The notes: generated from the sequence alone by a model not told the origin. A DNA stretch of 64,000 bases from Candidatus Latescibacterota bacterium (GCA_965116885.1 OZ220741.1:3680001-3744000), one strand, 5' to 3'. Positions 38,936-48,095 are shown, counted from the first letter of the stretch. Numbers and translations are program-made.

Positions 38936-39442
38936 TTAGGGAGGGAATAGTGAGGAAAGAAGCGTGTCATAGATTTTTCGGTTGATGCGTCCTGATCGAA
39001 ATAACTCATTGAGTTTATTATGAGCGTCTGTCTCCGAAATGCTATTCTGCCGAAACGCCGCAATAATTTGTCCTGCAATACCCGAAATCTGTACTCCTGC
39101 AAGTTGGGCAACACGCCGTCCAACAGTTTCCTCAATGAGAAGAGGCAACTGCAGTTCAAGCGCAAGCTGTATCGCTTGTATCTCCCCATCGTGTAACCGT
39201 TCTGCTTCTGGTAGAGCAAGCGGCTGTGACACAGGGCGAATTTCTATCAAGTCAATAATGTTGTGGTGATGTAGGTACTCCTGTGGATTTGCAAATTGTC
39301 CTTCTGCAACTTCGTTAAGCACAGCAGGAGGAATGATCAGTTTATCATATAGACAGCGGATGAAGTCATACCCTTGATTGAGTTTTTCCAATGAAATCAG
39401 TGGCCCAGTATTGCTCACAATATGCCGCACAAGTTCCCTCAT
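38936..39442 (-). CDS. DUF3368-type PIN domain toxin
   Basis: IVSNTGPLI, IPPAVLNEV, LHDGEIQAIQLA. Confidence 0.85.
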   Translation of the reverse strand: MRELVRHIVSNTGPLISLEKLNQGYDFIRCLYDKLIIPPAVLNEVAEGQFANPQEYLHHHNIIDLIEIRPVSQPLALPEAERLHDGEIQAIQLALELQLPLLIEETVGRRVAQLAGVQISGIAGQIIAAFRQNSISETDAHNKLNELFRSGRINRKIYDTLLSSLFPP

Positions 39443-39669
39443 GCGTGCAGTTCTACATCAATGGTCTCTGGCGTATCAACTAAGATGGAAAACCCGAACT
39501 GCGGCAGCAATTCCTCGAACGCACGGCGAGAGATCCCGAGCGCGAGACATGCTTCTTTCTCGGAGAGTTTTCCTACATGGTAGAGTGTTGCAACCAGGAC
39601 TTCTCTGAAATACGTCTGATCGAGGCGAGCAAGCGCAGCCGTATCTGGCAAGTCTAAAGAAATTTTCAT
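39439..39669 (-). CDS. UPF0175-family antitoxin
   Basis: LYHVGKLSEKEACLALGISRRAFEELL HTH, ATGA overlap with the PIN gene. Confidence 0.82.
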   Translation of the reverse strand: MKISLDLPDTAALARLDQTYFREVLVATLYHVGKLSEKEACLALGISRRAFEELLPQFGFSILVDTPETIDVELHA

Positions 39670-39685
39670 ATTGTATGCCCTTTGT

Positions 39686-39874
39686 TTATGAAGTGACCAA
39701 CGCCTTACATGCATGAATATCTTCTCGAGTCAGCGAAGGATATTCTGCGCGGAGATCCTCGGCAGTGTCCCCATTGGCCAACATCCCCAGGATTAGATGC
39801 ACCGGGATACGGGTACCTTTAATACATGCTTGTCCGTGACAAACTCTGGGATCAATGGCAATACGTTCATGCAT
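39686..39874 (-). pseudogene. C-terminally truncated DUF433 protein lacking its partner toxin
   Basis: RIAIDPRVCHGQACIKGTRIPV...LTREDIHAC, then diverges where a YA-containing helix is expected. Confidence 0.65.
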
Positions 39875-39913
39875 TTTTTATCTCACCTAAAAGGACTTTC
39901 ACTTCTTATCTAT

Positions 39914-40705
39914 CTATATCATGCCTGTCACTTGCATCGCGGCTCTGACAATCTCGGAGAGCGCGCATTCGCCGGTGACGCGATCATCGAGTTTCCGGCT
40001 GTAGAGCGCAATCACCATTGTCCCTGCTGGGGATTCGACGAAGCCAATATCATTGATTACACCCCGATTCGAGCCGGTTTTGGAACCCCAGCGATAGGTT
40101 TTGGAGGTCGGCACGTATCGGCCGATGCGGCGACCATTCTGTTGCTGGGTCAAGGTGGAGAGCATGGCCTGACAGGCTGCGGGGGATGCGGCCTGGTCGT
40201 CGAGAATCGTCTTGACGACGGCAGTGTAGTCGTTGGGTGTAGCCCAATTTTCCTGTTCCCCTTTAATCGCGAGGCGTCCGCGCATGGGACGTCCGAGAAT
40301 GGAGGCGGTCATACCGAGTTCTCGCATTGTCGCGTTGATGCGATCCATTCCGGCTGCTTCAATCAATATGTTGGTGGCGGTGTTGTCGCTGATGGACATC
40401 ATCAAGTACAGAAGATCTCCAAACGACAGTTGCAGCCCGGTATGCATGTGTCGCAGCACACCACTGCCGGGAGATTTATCCACAGAGCGGACGATGTATG
40501 TGTCGTCGAGCGCGAGTGTGCCGCGATCAATAGCTCTGTAGATCTCGATCATGATCGGGATTTTAACGGTGCTGGCCGCCGGAAACTGATGATCGCCCCG
40601 TGAGGCCCAACGCTCTCCCTGAGGTGAAATTACACTGACGCCGATCATGCCGGGTGATTCATACTCTTTAACCGCTTGTTCCAGCCTGCTCCAGTCTGTG
40701 GTCAT
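39914..40705 (-). CDS. Class A beta-lactamase-like serine hydrolase (no signal peptide)
   Basis: ASTVK (SxxK), SDN, KTG. Confidence 0.85.
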   Translation of the reverse strand: MTTDWSRLEQAVKEYESPGMIGVSVISPQGERWASRGDHQFPAASTVKIPIMIEIYRAIDRGTLALDDTYIVRSVDKSPGSGVLRHMHTGLQLSFGDLLYLMMSISDNTATNILIEAAGMDRINATMRELGMTASILGRPMRGRLAIKGEQENWATPNDYTAVVKTILDDQAASPAACQAMLSTLTQQQNGRRIGRYVPTSKTYRWGSKTGSNRGVINDIGFVESPAGTMVIALYSRKLDDRVTGECALSEIVRAAMQVTGMI

Positions 40706-40713
40706 GCGGCCTC

Positions 40714-41763
40714 TCAATCAACAATGGGCAAATGGACCGTTGCGCCGCGTTCGACGGAGCGGAATACGGCTTCGGTGAATTCCATGTATTTCACGCCCTG
40801 ATAAAAGGTCGATTCAGCGGGTTTGCCGGTTTTGATCATGTCGATGAAATCTGCCTCAACCGTCCACTCGCGCATGTCGGATGCGGGGACATCCAATTCC
40901 CGCAATGCGCCATCGCTGGATTTTGCACCCAATATACGTTGCTCGTCCAAAACGGGGGAGGTTTCGTAGATGAGTGTACCGTCCGTGCCGTAAATTTCAA
41001 TGCTTTCACCCGGCGCGTGATGCGCGGTGCCGGAGAAGAGATAGACCGCAGTGGCACCGCTTTCCATTTGCGCCAGGATATTTACGGTGTCTGGGCGGTC
41101 AACTGGTCCCATGCCGTCCTCTGTGGAGCGTTCGGTCACATAAGTTTCTGCTTGTGCGGATACGGATTTGGTATAGCCACACCAGCGGTGTACAAATTCT
41201 ACCAGCATGCCCACGCTCATGGTGTTTAATCCGGAGAAGCGACCGATCTGTCGCCAATGTAGCGGCGTACTGGGGTCAATCCCACCGGGCGTCATTGAGC
41301 GGATGACGATGTTGCGAATATCGCCAACATATCCTTCGGCGATCAACCGCTGCACAAACCAGTCGCCCTTTAATGCGTGCGGCGGCTGGCATATCTGGTG
41401 CGCGAGGTCTGATTCCATTGCTGCGGCATACATAATTTTTGCTTCGCGCAAATTCATTGCCATACGCGCCTGGACAAATGCATGCTTGCCCGCATTGAGG
41501 GATTCGAGTACAAACTCGCAGTGTTTGTACGGCCAGGTGCCAATCATCACGGCATCGATGTCATCTCGCGCGATGAGCGCGTGGGGATCGGTCATGAGGT
41601 CGGGATTCAGTCCAAATTCAGCCGCTATTTTGCCGCCACTCTCTTCACTGCGGTTGCATATTGCCACGACCTCGGCATCGTCAATTTGGGCCAATCCCGG
41701 GAAGTGGCGGGTGCGAAAAATACCGCCCGCACCAATAATACCAATGCGAATTTTATCTGCCAT
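40714..41763 (-). CDS. Gfo/Idh/MocA family oxidoreductase (paralog 2)
   Basis: Same N- and C-terminal motifs as 32819-33856. Confidence 0.9.
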   Translation of the reverse strand: MADKIRIGIIGAGGIFRTRHFPGLAQIDDAEVVAICNRSEESGGKIAAEFGLNPDLMTDPHALIARDDIDAVMIGTWPYKHCEFVLESLNAGKHAFVQARMAMNLREAKIMYAAAMESDLAHQICQPPHALKGDWFVQRLIAEGYVGDIRNIVIRSMTPGGIDPSTPLHWRQIGRFSGLNTMSVGMLVEFVHRWCGYTKSVSAQAETYVTERSTEDGMGPVDRPDTVNILAQMESGATAVYLFSGTAHHAPGESIEIYGTDGTLIYETSPVLDEQRILGAKSSDGALRELDVPASDMREWTVEADFIDMIKTGKPAESTFYQGVKYMEFTEAVFRSVERGATVHLPIVD

Positions 41764-41776
41764 TACAGCCTCCATT

Positions 41777-42772
41777 TTACGGCATGGTCAAGTCTTCGTA
41801 ACCCGTCAGGTGATATTCATATCCCAGATAGTCGAGCAAATTGCACAGTGCGCGGAATGCCACACCAAAACCATCAATACCGCTAAAGCCGCCAAATTGT
41901 CCACCGCCCTTTACGTGGGGTTCCAAATCGATAAATACACCCGGCACCCCCAGTTCCTGAAACTGGCGTTGCAGGCGCGGCACGAGGGTCTTAAAATCTC
42001 GCAGGACCATTTCATGTCCGGCATCGCCTTGATCGACGGGGATAAACCGCGTCAGCCCTCGCTTTGTTGCGCTGTCCAGCATTGGCTGATTGGCCGGCGC
42101 GTTAAATCCTTTGATGTGGATCCATCCCAATCCGGGCTTTGTTTTTTTATATTCGGCAAAAACGCTGTCCGGACTGTGTCCCATGCTTTCCATATTGCCC
42201 ACATCCATGATGATACAGGTATTGGGACTGTCGATCTTTTCGTGCAACGCGATCAGTGTTTCGCCGTCTCCACCGATTAAATGCGATTCCACTTCAGAGC
42301 CATAGATTAGCCCCTCGCTTGCACACAGAGCTACAATCTCTGAGAGCTGATCTGCCGCTTGATTCAGATGCGGCCAGGGGTCGGTCCCATGTGGATGGTA
42401 ATAGCTAAATCCGCGGATGAGTTTTGTGTCAAATGCATGGGCGAGTTCGATGGCGCGTTTGACATCTGTCTCCAGATATTCCTTAAACGGCACATAGCGA
42501 TTGTCTGTACCGTCATCCACGTCCAGCAATTTCACTTTTCCAAGCGGGGAACCAATGCTCGATACCGAAATACCAAATTCACCGTGCAATTTTTGGAGTT
42601 GTACAATCTCCTGCGCGGTTAATTCCATTGCGTTCTTTACCCCGTTGCCTACGTCGATAAACCGGATTGTGTAATAAGACAAGCCAAGCGCGCGCATCAT
42701 GGTAAATTGCTCTTCGGCGCGCTTGCTCACCGGTCCTTCGTCGGCAAAACCCGATAAAATCACCTCTGCCAC
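41777..42772 (-). CDS. Sugar phosphate isomerase/epimerase (TIM barrel)
   Basis: LSGFADE, IGSPLGK, IRGFSYY, DVGN, HIKG, LEPH. Confidence 0.82.
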   Translation of the reverse strand: MAEVILSGFADEGPVSKRAEEQFTMMRALGLSYYTIRFIDVGNGVKNAMELTAQEIVQLQKLHGEFGISVSSIGSPLGKVKLLDVDDGTDNRYVPFKEYLETDVKRAIELAHAFDTKLIRGFSYYHPHGTDPWPHLNQAADQLSEIVALCASEGLIYGSEVESHLIGGDGETLIALHEKIDSPNTCIIMDVGNMESMGHSPDSVFAEYKKTKPGLGWIHIKGFNAPANQPMLDSATKRGLTRFIPVDQGDAGHEMVLRDFKTLVPRLQRQFQELGVPGVFIDLEPHVKGGGQFGGFSGIDGFGVAFRALCNLLDYLGYEYHLTGYEDLTMP

Positions 42773-42786
42773 AATAATACTCCTTT

Positions 42787-43245
42787 CTATGAATTAGGCC
42801 AGGTCACTGGAATAAGTCGCAGTGTGCCATTGCCTTGATCGCAACCTGGCGTAATCTCAATTGATTGACTCGTTTTGTAATCCGCCCCCTCCAATACGAC
42901 ACTTGTTGAAAAAGTACACGATCCTCCGGGGGCTATTTCAGCGGGTGTACATATATCTTCGCTTATCCCCAATGGGGTGCCGTTATCACCCAACACACGC
43001 ACGCGCACCTTAAGACCCGTGAGTTCCAAACCCGATTGACTGTCAACCGTGCCCTGAATGTAGATAATATTCACACTTGTAGGCGAACCGGCATCGCCCG
43101 CAGGCGCATTAACAGTTTCACCTCTAATGGAGGTCAGGCTCAAAACGGTTAAATCGTCGGGTATAAAAGTACGCGAGCCGGCAGAATCATCTTTAGAGCA
43201 CGCAAAGAAAAAAAAGATAGATAAAAAACTAATGATGTATTTCAT
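42787..43245 (-). CDS. Putative lipoprotein (FxLYD/Ig-like beta domain)
   Basis: MKYIISFLSIFFFFAC lipobox, beta-rich body, IAPGGSCTF. Confidence 0.6.
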   Translation of the reverse strand: MKYIISFLSIFFFFACSKDDSAGSRTFIPDDLTVLSLTSIRGETVNAPAGDAGSPTSVNIIYIQGTVDSQSGLELTGLKVRVRVLGDNGTPLGISEDICTPAEIAPGGSCTFSTSVVLEGADYKTSQSIEITPGCDQGNGTLRLIPVTWPNS

Positions 43246-43380
43246 CGCAGTGTCCTCTGTTGTGTGATACGGCGCGTTTGACGCAACAATATACACGCCA
43301 AAATCGTATCGGGCAAGGGGGCTATCAGTTGTCAGTCCCAACCACCCAACCCCGGAGGAACGGTGCGGGGTAACTGACCA

Positions 43381-43758
43381 CTAACTGCTTTCCTCAAAAT
43401 CAAACGTCACTGCATCCTGCACACCCGATAGATTCGGACGCGGAGCAAATGCCATTGTCAATGCAATTTCCTGTACCTGTCCTGCCTCAAACCTGGAAAA
43501 CCGATGGGTTGCACGGGAAATTTCTGCCTGGTTTGAACTGCGCAATCTCCAGGTCATGATAAACGGACTGATAATCGGTACCGGTCCCGTATTGACGACA
43601 TCGGCCTGGATATTGACGCCAACAATATCACCCGCCGCATTGTGGATCGGCTCGCGGCGCACGTTGGCAATGGACATAAAATCCGAAAGAAGTTCGTTCT
43701 CGGGCGATATGGGAACGCCGCCACAACCGAGCAAAAGACATACGATGAGCCACCTCAT
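43381..43758 (-). CDS. Putative lipoprotein (Ig/CARDB-like)
   Basis: MRWLIVCLLLGC lipobox, VVNTG, FEAGQ. Confidence 0.6.
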   Translation of the reverse strand: MRWLIVCLLLGCGGVPISPENELLSDFMSIANVRREPIHNAAGDIVGVNIQADVVNTGPVPIISPFIMTWRLRSSNQAEISRATHRFSRFEAGQVQEIALTMAFAPRPNLSGVQDAVTFDFEESS

Positions 43759-43765
43759 GGATTAT

Positions 43766-44545
43766 TTAGCCTCCAAAATACGCCATGCCCACCAGACCGA
43801 TGAGCCAGCAATAATAGGCAAATTGTGCAAAATACCCGCCACTGAGCGAGCTTAGGAGCCATCGAATGGCAAATACCCCGGACACATAAGCTACAACAGC
43901 ACCAATCAGCAGCGGCCACAGCGCGTTCATTTGCGGTGGATGGGCGAGCAAATTGCCAACTTCTAATGCGGTTGCGCCCAAAATAATGGGGATGGATAAT
44001 AAAAAAGAAAATGTTGCAGCTTCGCGACCATCCAGCCCGCGCCACAGGCCCATGCCAATGGTTGAACCCGACCTGGAAATTCCCGGCAATACGGCGGGTG
44101 CCTGTGCAAAGCCGATTAAAATTGCGTCTAAAAATGTAATTTGCACGCGGTCACCCCGCGCAAATCGCGTGCTCCACAAAATACAACCGGTCGCGATTAA
44201 GAATCCGCATACGGCGATTGGGCTGGCAAAAGCCTCTTTGAGCATGTCTTTGAACAAGATTCCCACGGCGCCAGCGGGAATAGAGCCGATGACCAACAGG
44301 TAGATTGTGTGCCAGGATGCGCTATCGCGTCGCAAACATCCGACGAGTAGGTTGCTGATTCGCGTTCGCAAGGCGGTCACTATAGCCAGCAATGTTCCAA
44401 AGTGTACGATTACTTCAAAGGTCACATTACCGGTTTGAATACCCCATGCCGCTTGTCCCAATGCGAGATGTCCCGAACTGCTTACGGGTAAAAATTCGGT
44501 CAGCCCTTGCAATAGGCCCAGGAGCATGGCTTCAAATGGTGTCAA
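43766..44545 (-). CDS. uppP: Undecaprenyl-diphosphate phosphatase
   Basis: QGLTEFLPVSSSGH, PGISRSGST, FSFLLSIP. Confidence 0.95.
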   Translation of the reverse strand: MTPFEAMLLGLLQGLTEFLPVSSSGHLALGQAAWGIQTGNVTFEVIVHFGTLLAIVTALRTRISNLLVGCLRRDSASWHTIYLLVIGSIPAGAVGILFKDMLKEAFASPIAVCGFLIATGCILWSTRFARGDRVQITFLDAILIGFAQAPAVLPGISRSGSTIGMGLWRGLDGREAATFSFLLSIPIILGATALEVGNLLAHPPQMNALWPLLIGAVVAYVSGVFAIRWLLSSLSGGYFAQFAYYCWLIGLVGMAYFGG

Positions 44546-45356
44546 GAGATCCCCTCAGCAATTCTATCACGGGTGCCATAGATGCGTCGTTGCAGATTAC
44601 AATATCGTAAGCGCACAGATATGTAGCACTATTTTCTACGATCGCTTCGTTCAAGAATCCCACGCGGATGACACAGTCAGCATCGGCGTTGTCCACCATC
44701 TGTGCATCTTCTATAGTATCTCCCAAAAGCAGGACGCAGCCTCGTGGGGTGCTTGCATGACGCGCTTTGTTAAAGCTGTGGATTACCGGCTCGCAAAATC
44801 CCGCCACCGCGCCATGTGTATCGAATATCAATTTGTTTGCCGTTACTGTCACATTTGAAGTGAGTAAGGCTCTGATTTTTAAGAATTTTGAAATTGCGTT
44901 GCCAATGCCCGCGGATAAAATTAACAGCGGTATATCTCTGTTAGACAATATGTTAAAGAAATCGATGGCACTATCGCGCAAGCGCATGAATTCTCGTGCG
45001 GCAATGTCTTCTATTATTTCTTTGGTAAGCCCGTATTTCTGCATCATCTCAAGCGCCGCCATCCACCAGTCGTGCATGGCTTTTTGTTTTTTGCGGTGCG
45101 AGATGGTCTGCGATATTTCGAGGGGGCGATACCGCGCGTACAGGCGATCCATTTCAACGCGATATGCGTCTCCCAAATAGGCTCCGTGTGCAATTACCGA
45201 ATAAGATGTCGCATCTTGCCCATCTTCTGTTCGCGCTTTTGTCAATGTGCGATCCCAATCGCTGACCACACACAGTTGTTCTATTTCCGAATAGCGGTTC
45301 AGTTGCGCGATTTTGTCCTGCAGAGCATCCTGATCAGCAATTAATACATGGTCCAT
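44532..45356 (-). CDS. Pyrimidine 5'-nucleotidase (UMPH-1 / cN-III-like HAD)
   Basis: SDWDRTLT, LILSAGIG, IHSFNK, LLGDTIED, VGFLNE, YDIVICND. Confidence 0.82.
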   Translation of the reverse strand: MDHVLIADQDALQDKIAQLNRYSEIEQLCVVSDWDRTLTKARTEDGQDATSYSVIAHGAYLGDAYRVEMDRLYARYRPLEISQTISHRKKQKAMHDWWMAALEMMQKYGLTKEIIEDIAAREFMRLRDSAIDFFNILSNRDIPLLILSAGIGNAISKFLKIRALLTSNVTVTANKLIFDTHGAVAGFCEPVIHSFNKARHASTPRGCVLLLGDTIEDAQMVDNADADCVIRVGFLNEAIVENSATYLCAYDIVICNDASMAPVIELLRGSLDTI

Positions 45357-45358
45357 AG

Positions 45359-46554
45359 CTATTGTTCTATCCGCTCGCTGATTTCACCTGTCTCTCTGTC
45401 TTTCACAATTCGCTTCAGGCGTCCATCGGGCATGCGCTCGGTTTTCAGGGTGACAAACTGTGCGTCTGTTTCGGTCGATGCGGTCTCCTGAGCTATTTCA
45501 CCGCCGCGCCATTCCATTTCTATCGGTTCCCATTGTTTTGTTTTTGCCGATTTGTAACACGCATCTATAATTGCATTGACAACATAGCCATCGTACAGGG
45601 TTTCCATTGGTTCGCGTCCTTCATCCCAGGCGTTGAACATATCCACGAACATGTCCGAATATCCCAGTTCGGCGACTTCGTCGCCTACGGGGAAGAGCCA
45701 TCCCGTATCGCCTTCGGCTTTTTCCGCTACATACCCTCCTTGTCCCACAGCCGTGAACATGTCAAATCCCGTGCGCAACCAGTGGTTGAGCCAGATTGTT
45801 CCTTCTGTGCCTGCGACTTCGTCCCGCAGGTCCATGCCCCCGCGAAATGCCCATCCGACCTCAAATTGTCCCATGGATCCATTTTCAAATTTGATCAATC
45901 CGATTCCGTGATCCTCTGCTTCGACTGGGTGTACGAGTGTGTCAGACCAGCACATCGCTTCGACCGGGCGAATGCCTTTGCCTATGAAGTTGCGAATAAT
46001 TTCGATGCAGTGACATCCCATATCGACAATCGCGCCACCACCTGCTTTATCTATGTCCAGAACCAATCACTGTGGGGACCGGGGTGTGTTTCGCGCGATC
46101 GCACCCACAAGATGCGTCCCAATGCGCCGTTTTTCACGGATTCGAGGGCTTTCAAGGTTTTGGGGGGATATACCAGGTCTTCTAAGTATCCGCCAAATAC
46201 GCCTGCCTTTTCCACTGCATTCAGAATTTGCTGGGCTTCATCAGCGGTGCGGCCGAGAGGTTTGGTACACAATACGGCTTTGCCGGCTTGTGCCGCGAGT
46301 GTTGCGGCTTCGAGATGCAGATCGTTGGGCAATCCGATTACCACGCCATCGGTTTCATCATCTTCAATTGCGGCTTTGAGATCCGTTGTCCATCTGGGTA
46401 TGTCCCATTCTTCCGCAAATGTTCTGGCGCGTTCTTCGGTCCGCGAATACACGACCTGCACGCGATCAATTCCCCGATGTCTGTGCAAGGTCATGGTGTA
46501 AAACATTCCGATCAGTCCGGTTCCCAACATGGTCAATTTATGTCCTTCAGCCAT
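45359..46554 (-). pseudogene. Gfo/Idh/MocA oxidoreductase split by a 1-bp frameshift (or sequencing error)
   Basis: N-half ends [11 protein letters not shown] and C-half begins [16 protein letters not shown]. Adding one G near 46057 restores [11 protein letters not shown]. Confidence 0.85.
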
Positions 46555-46599
46555 TTTAAACTCCTTGTCTTTTTGTATCCTATAGGATACATTTAATAA

Positions 46600-46890
46600 A
46601 TGATAGAAATTCGTCAGACAAATGTTTACATCCAATGGTTCGACAAACTACGTGATCGACAAGCACGAGCACGTATTAATACACGGATTCGGCGTCTTTC
46701 ACTGGGCAACTTTGGCGATGTAAAACCCGTTGGACAGGGTGTCTCGGAGTTGCGAATTACCTATGGTCCAGGCTACCGCGTGTATTTTACTCAGCGAGGA
46801 CAAACACTGGTAATTCTACTTGCAGGTGGTGACAAACGAACACAAGATCAAGATATTAAAACAGCACAAAATTTAGCGCGTAATCTATGA
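46600..46890 (+). CDS. Addiction module killer protein (RelE/HigB-like)
   Basis: [38 protein letters not shown]. Confidence 0.92.
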   Translation: MIEIRQTNVYIQWFDKLRDRQARARINTRIRRLSLGNFGDVKPVGQGVSELRITYGPGYRVYFTQRGQTLVILLAGGDKRTQDQDIKTAQNLARNL

Positions 46891-46900
46891 GGAGGTAATC

Positions 46901-47188
46901 ATGGCAAAAACAAAAACATACCCCTGGAATGCCGCGGCCCATCTGAAAACGAAAGCAGATATCGCTGCATATCTCGAAGCCGTGCTTGAGGATGGCGATC
47001 CCAATTTAATCACTGCTGCCTTAGGCGACATTGCCTGTGCCAAAGGTATGACACAAATTGCTCGAGAAACCGGTCTTGGACGCGCAAGCCTCTACAAAGC
47101 ATTGTCACCTGAAGGTAATCCGGGTTTTGCTACGGTGCTCAAGGTTATACACGCATTGGGCTTTCGGTTGCACGCGACCCCTATTTGA
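46901..47188 (+). CDS. Addiction module antidote protein (HTH)
   Basis: AYLEAVLEDGD, GMTQIARETGLGRASLYKALS..GNP. Confidence 0.92.
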   Translation: MAKTKTYPWNAAAHLKTKADIAAYLEAVLEDGDPNLITAALGDIACAKGMTQIARETGLGRASLYKALSPEGNPGFATVLKVIHALGFRLHATPI

Positions 47189-47209
47189 TTACTAAAAAGC
47201 GATCAGTAG

Positions 47210-47767
47210 TTAGCAAAACAGCGTTGGCTGAATCACGCCTTCATGCGTTAAGAGAAATTTTTTCTTCTCCATCCCCCCAGCATATCCCGTTAGATGACCG
47301 GATGCGCCGATTACGCGGTGACACGGTACCACTATTGCCACGGGATTTTTGCCATTGGCCGCGCCCACGGCTTGCGAGGCGTTCGCATTGCCCAATGCAC
47401 AGGCGATGTCGCCATAGGTTCGCGTCTCTCCAAAAGGTATCTCCAGCAAAAATTTCCATACGCGCTTCTGAAAATCCGTTCCACACAAGTCCAGTGGCAA
47501 ATCGAAAACTTTCAGCGTCCCCTTAAAATACATCGCGAGTTGTTCGTCCACCGCATTTATGATTGGATGATTCTCTGTGCGAGGCAAATTTGTCTTCGCC
47601 TGTTCCGTTTGATCACTTTCAAATGCAATCGCATGTACGCCATTATCTGAGGCCAATACGGTCAACGAGCCCAGTGGACTTGCCACGTCTTTCCATACGG
47701 TCTCTCGCGGCAATTGCTTTAACATTTGTAAATATAGCACAGCGACCTCCGTGAAGGTGAGATACAT
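47210..47767 (-). CDS. ogt: Methylated-DNA-protein-cysteine methyltransferase
   Basis: GTDFQKRVW, IPFGETRTY, VPCHRVIG. Start may be 47725. Confidence 0.93.
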   Translation of the reverse strand: MYLTFTEVAVLYLQMLKQLPRETVWKDVASPLGSLTVLASDNGVHAIAFESDQTEQAKTNLPRTENHPIINAVDEQLAMYFKGTLKVFDLPLDLCGTDFQKRVWKFLLEIPFGETRTYGDIACALGNANASQAVGAANGKNPVAIVVPCHRVIGASGHLTGYAGGMEKKKFLLTHEGVIQPTLFC

Positions 47768-47782
47768 CTTACCTTAATTATA

Positions 47783-47824
47783 CAAAAAAACGGGACGTAT
47801 GCTCAAAAGAACATACATCCCGTT
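47783..47824 (-). terminator. Rho-independent terminator (minus strand)
   Basis: AACGGGATGTATG...CATACGTCCCGTTTTTTT on the minus strand. Confidence 0.7.
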
Positions 47825-47849
47825 AAAAGGGGGAGAAAGATGGATTGGT

Positions 47850-47930
47850 TTACTCAATTGGCTTAAGACAGTATCCTACGCCTCGCACTGTGCGGATCTT
47901 TTCCTGTGCTGTGCCCAGTTTTACCTCATC
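47850..47930 (-). pseudogene. 3' remnant of an OmpR/PhoB-family response regulator
   Basis: Manual translation DEVKLGTAQEKIRTVRGVGYCLKPIE*, matching the winged-helix C-terminus KLG...IxTVRGxGY. Confidence 0.7.
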
Positions 47931-47937
47931 TCAATTC

Positions 47938-47966
47938 TTGAATCCCCCCGTATTCCGTGTTATATT
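47938..47966 (+). promoter_or_regulatory. Putative sigma70 promoter (extended -10)
   Basis: TTGAAT, 17 nt spacer, TGn-TATATT upstream of the 48096 gene. Confidence 0.55.
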
Positions 47967-48048
47967 GAGCGATGGTTTTTTGTGCCTTCTGTGCTGTCTA
48001 TGGCTTTTTCGTCTTTTATCCGCTCATTACTCTGACCTGCGGGGTTTT

Positions 48049-48089
48049 ATCCTGTTCATCCTATCATCCTGCTCATCCTGATTCTGACA
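48049..48089 (+). repeat. Short tandem ATCCTG-core repeat
   Basis: ATCCTGTTC ATCCTATC ATCCTGCTC ATCCTGATTCTGACA. Confidence 0.75.
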
Positions 48090-48095
48090 GTTTCC

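Noticed and set aside
41207..42280. 357 aa plus-strand ORF
   Set aside because: Antisense to two well-supported genes, no recognisable motifs
46045..46070. Programmed ribosomal frameshift
   Set aside because: No slippery sequence or evident stimulatory structure
45362..46501. 379 aa plus-strand ORF spanning the frameshift
   Set aside because: Antisense to the split oxidoreductase with a Phe/Cys/His-rich shadow composition
47825..47940. Small RNA ending at the minus-strand terminator
   Set aside because: Better explained as the coding remnant of an OmpR-family gene
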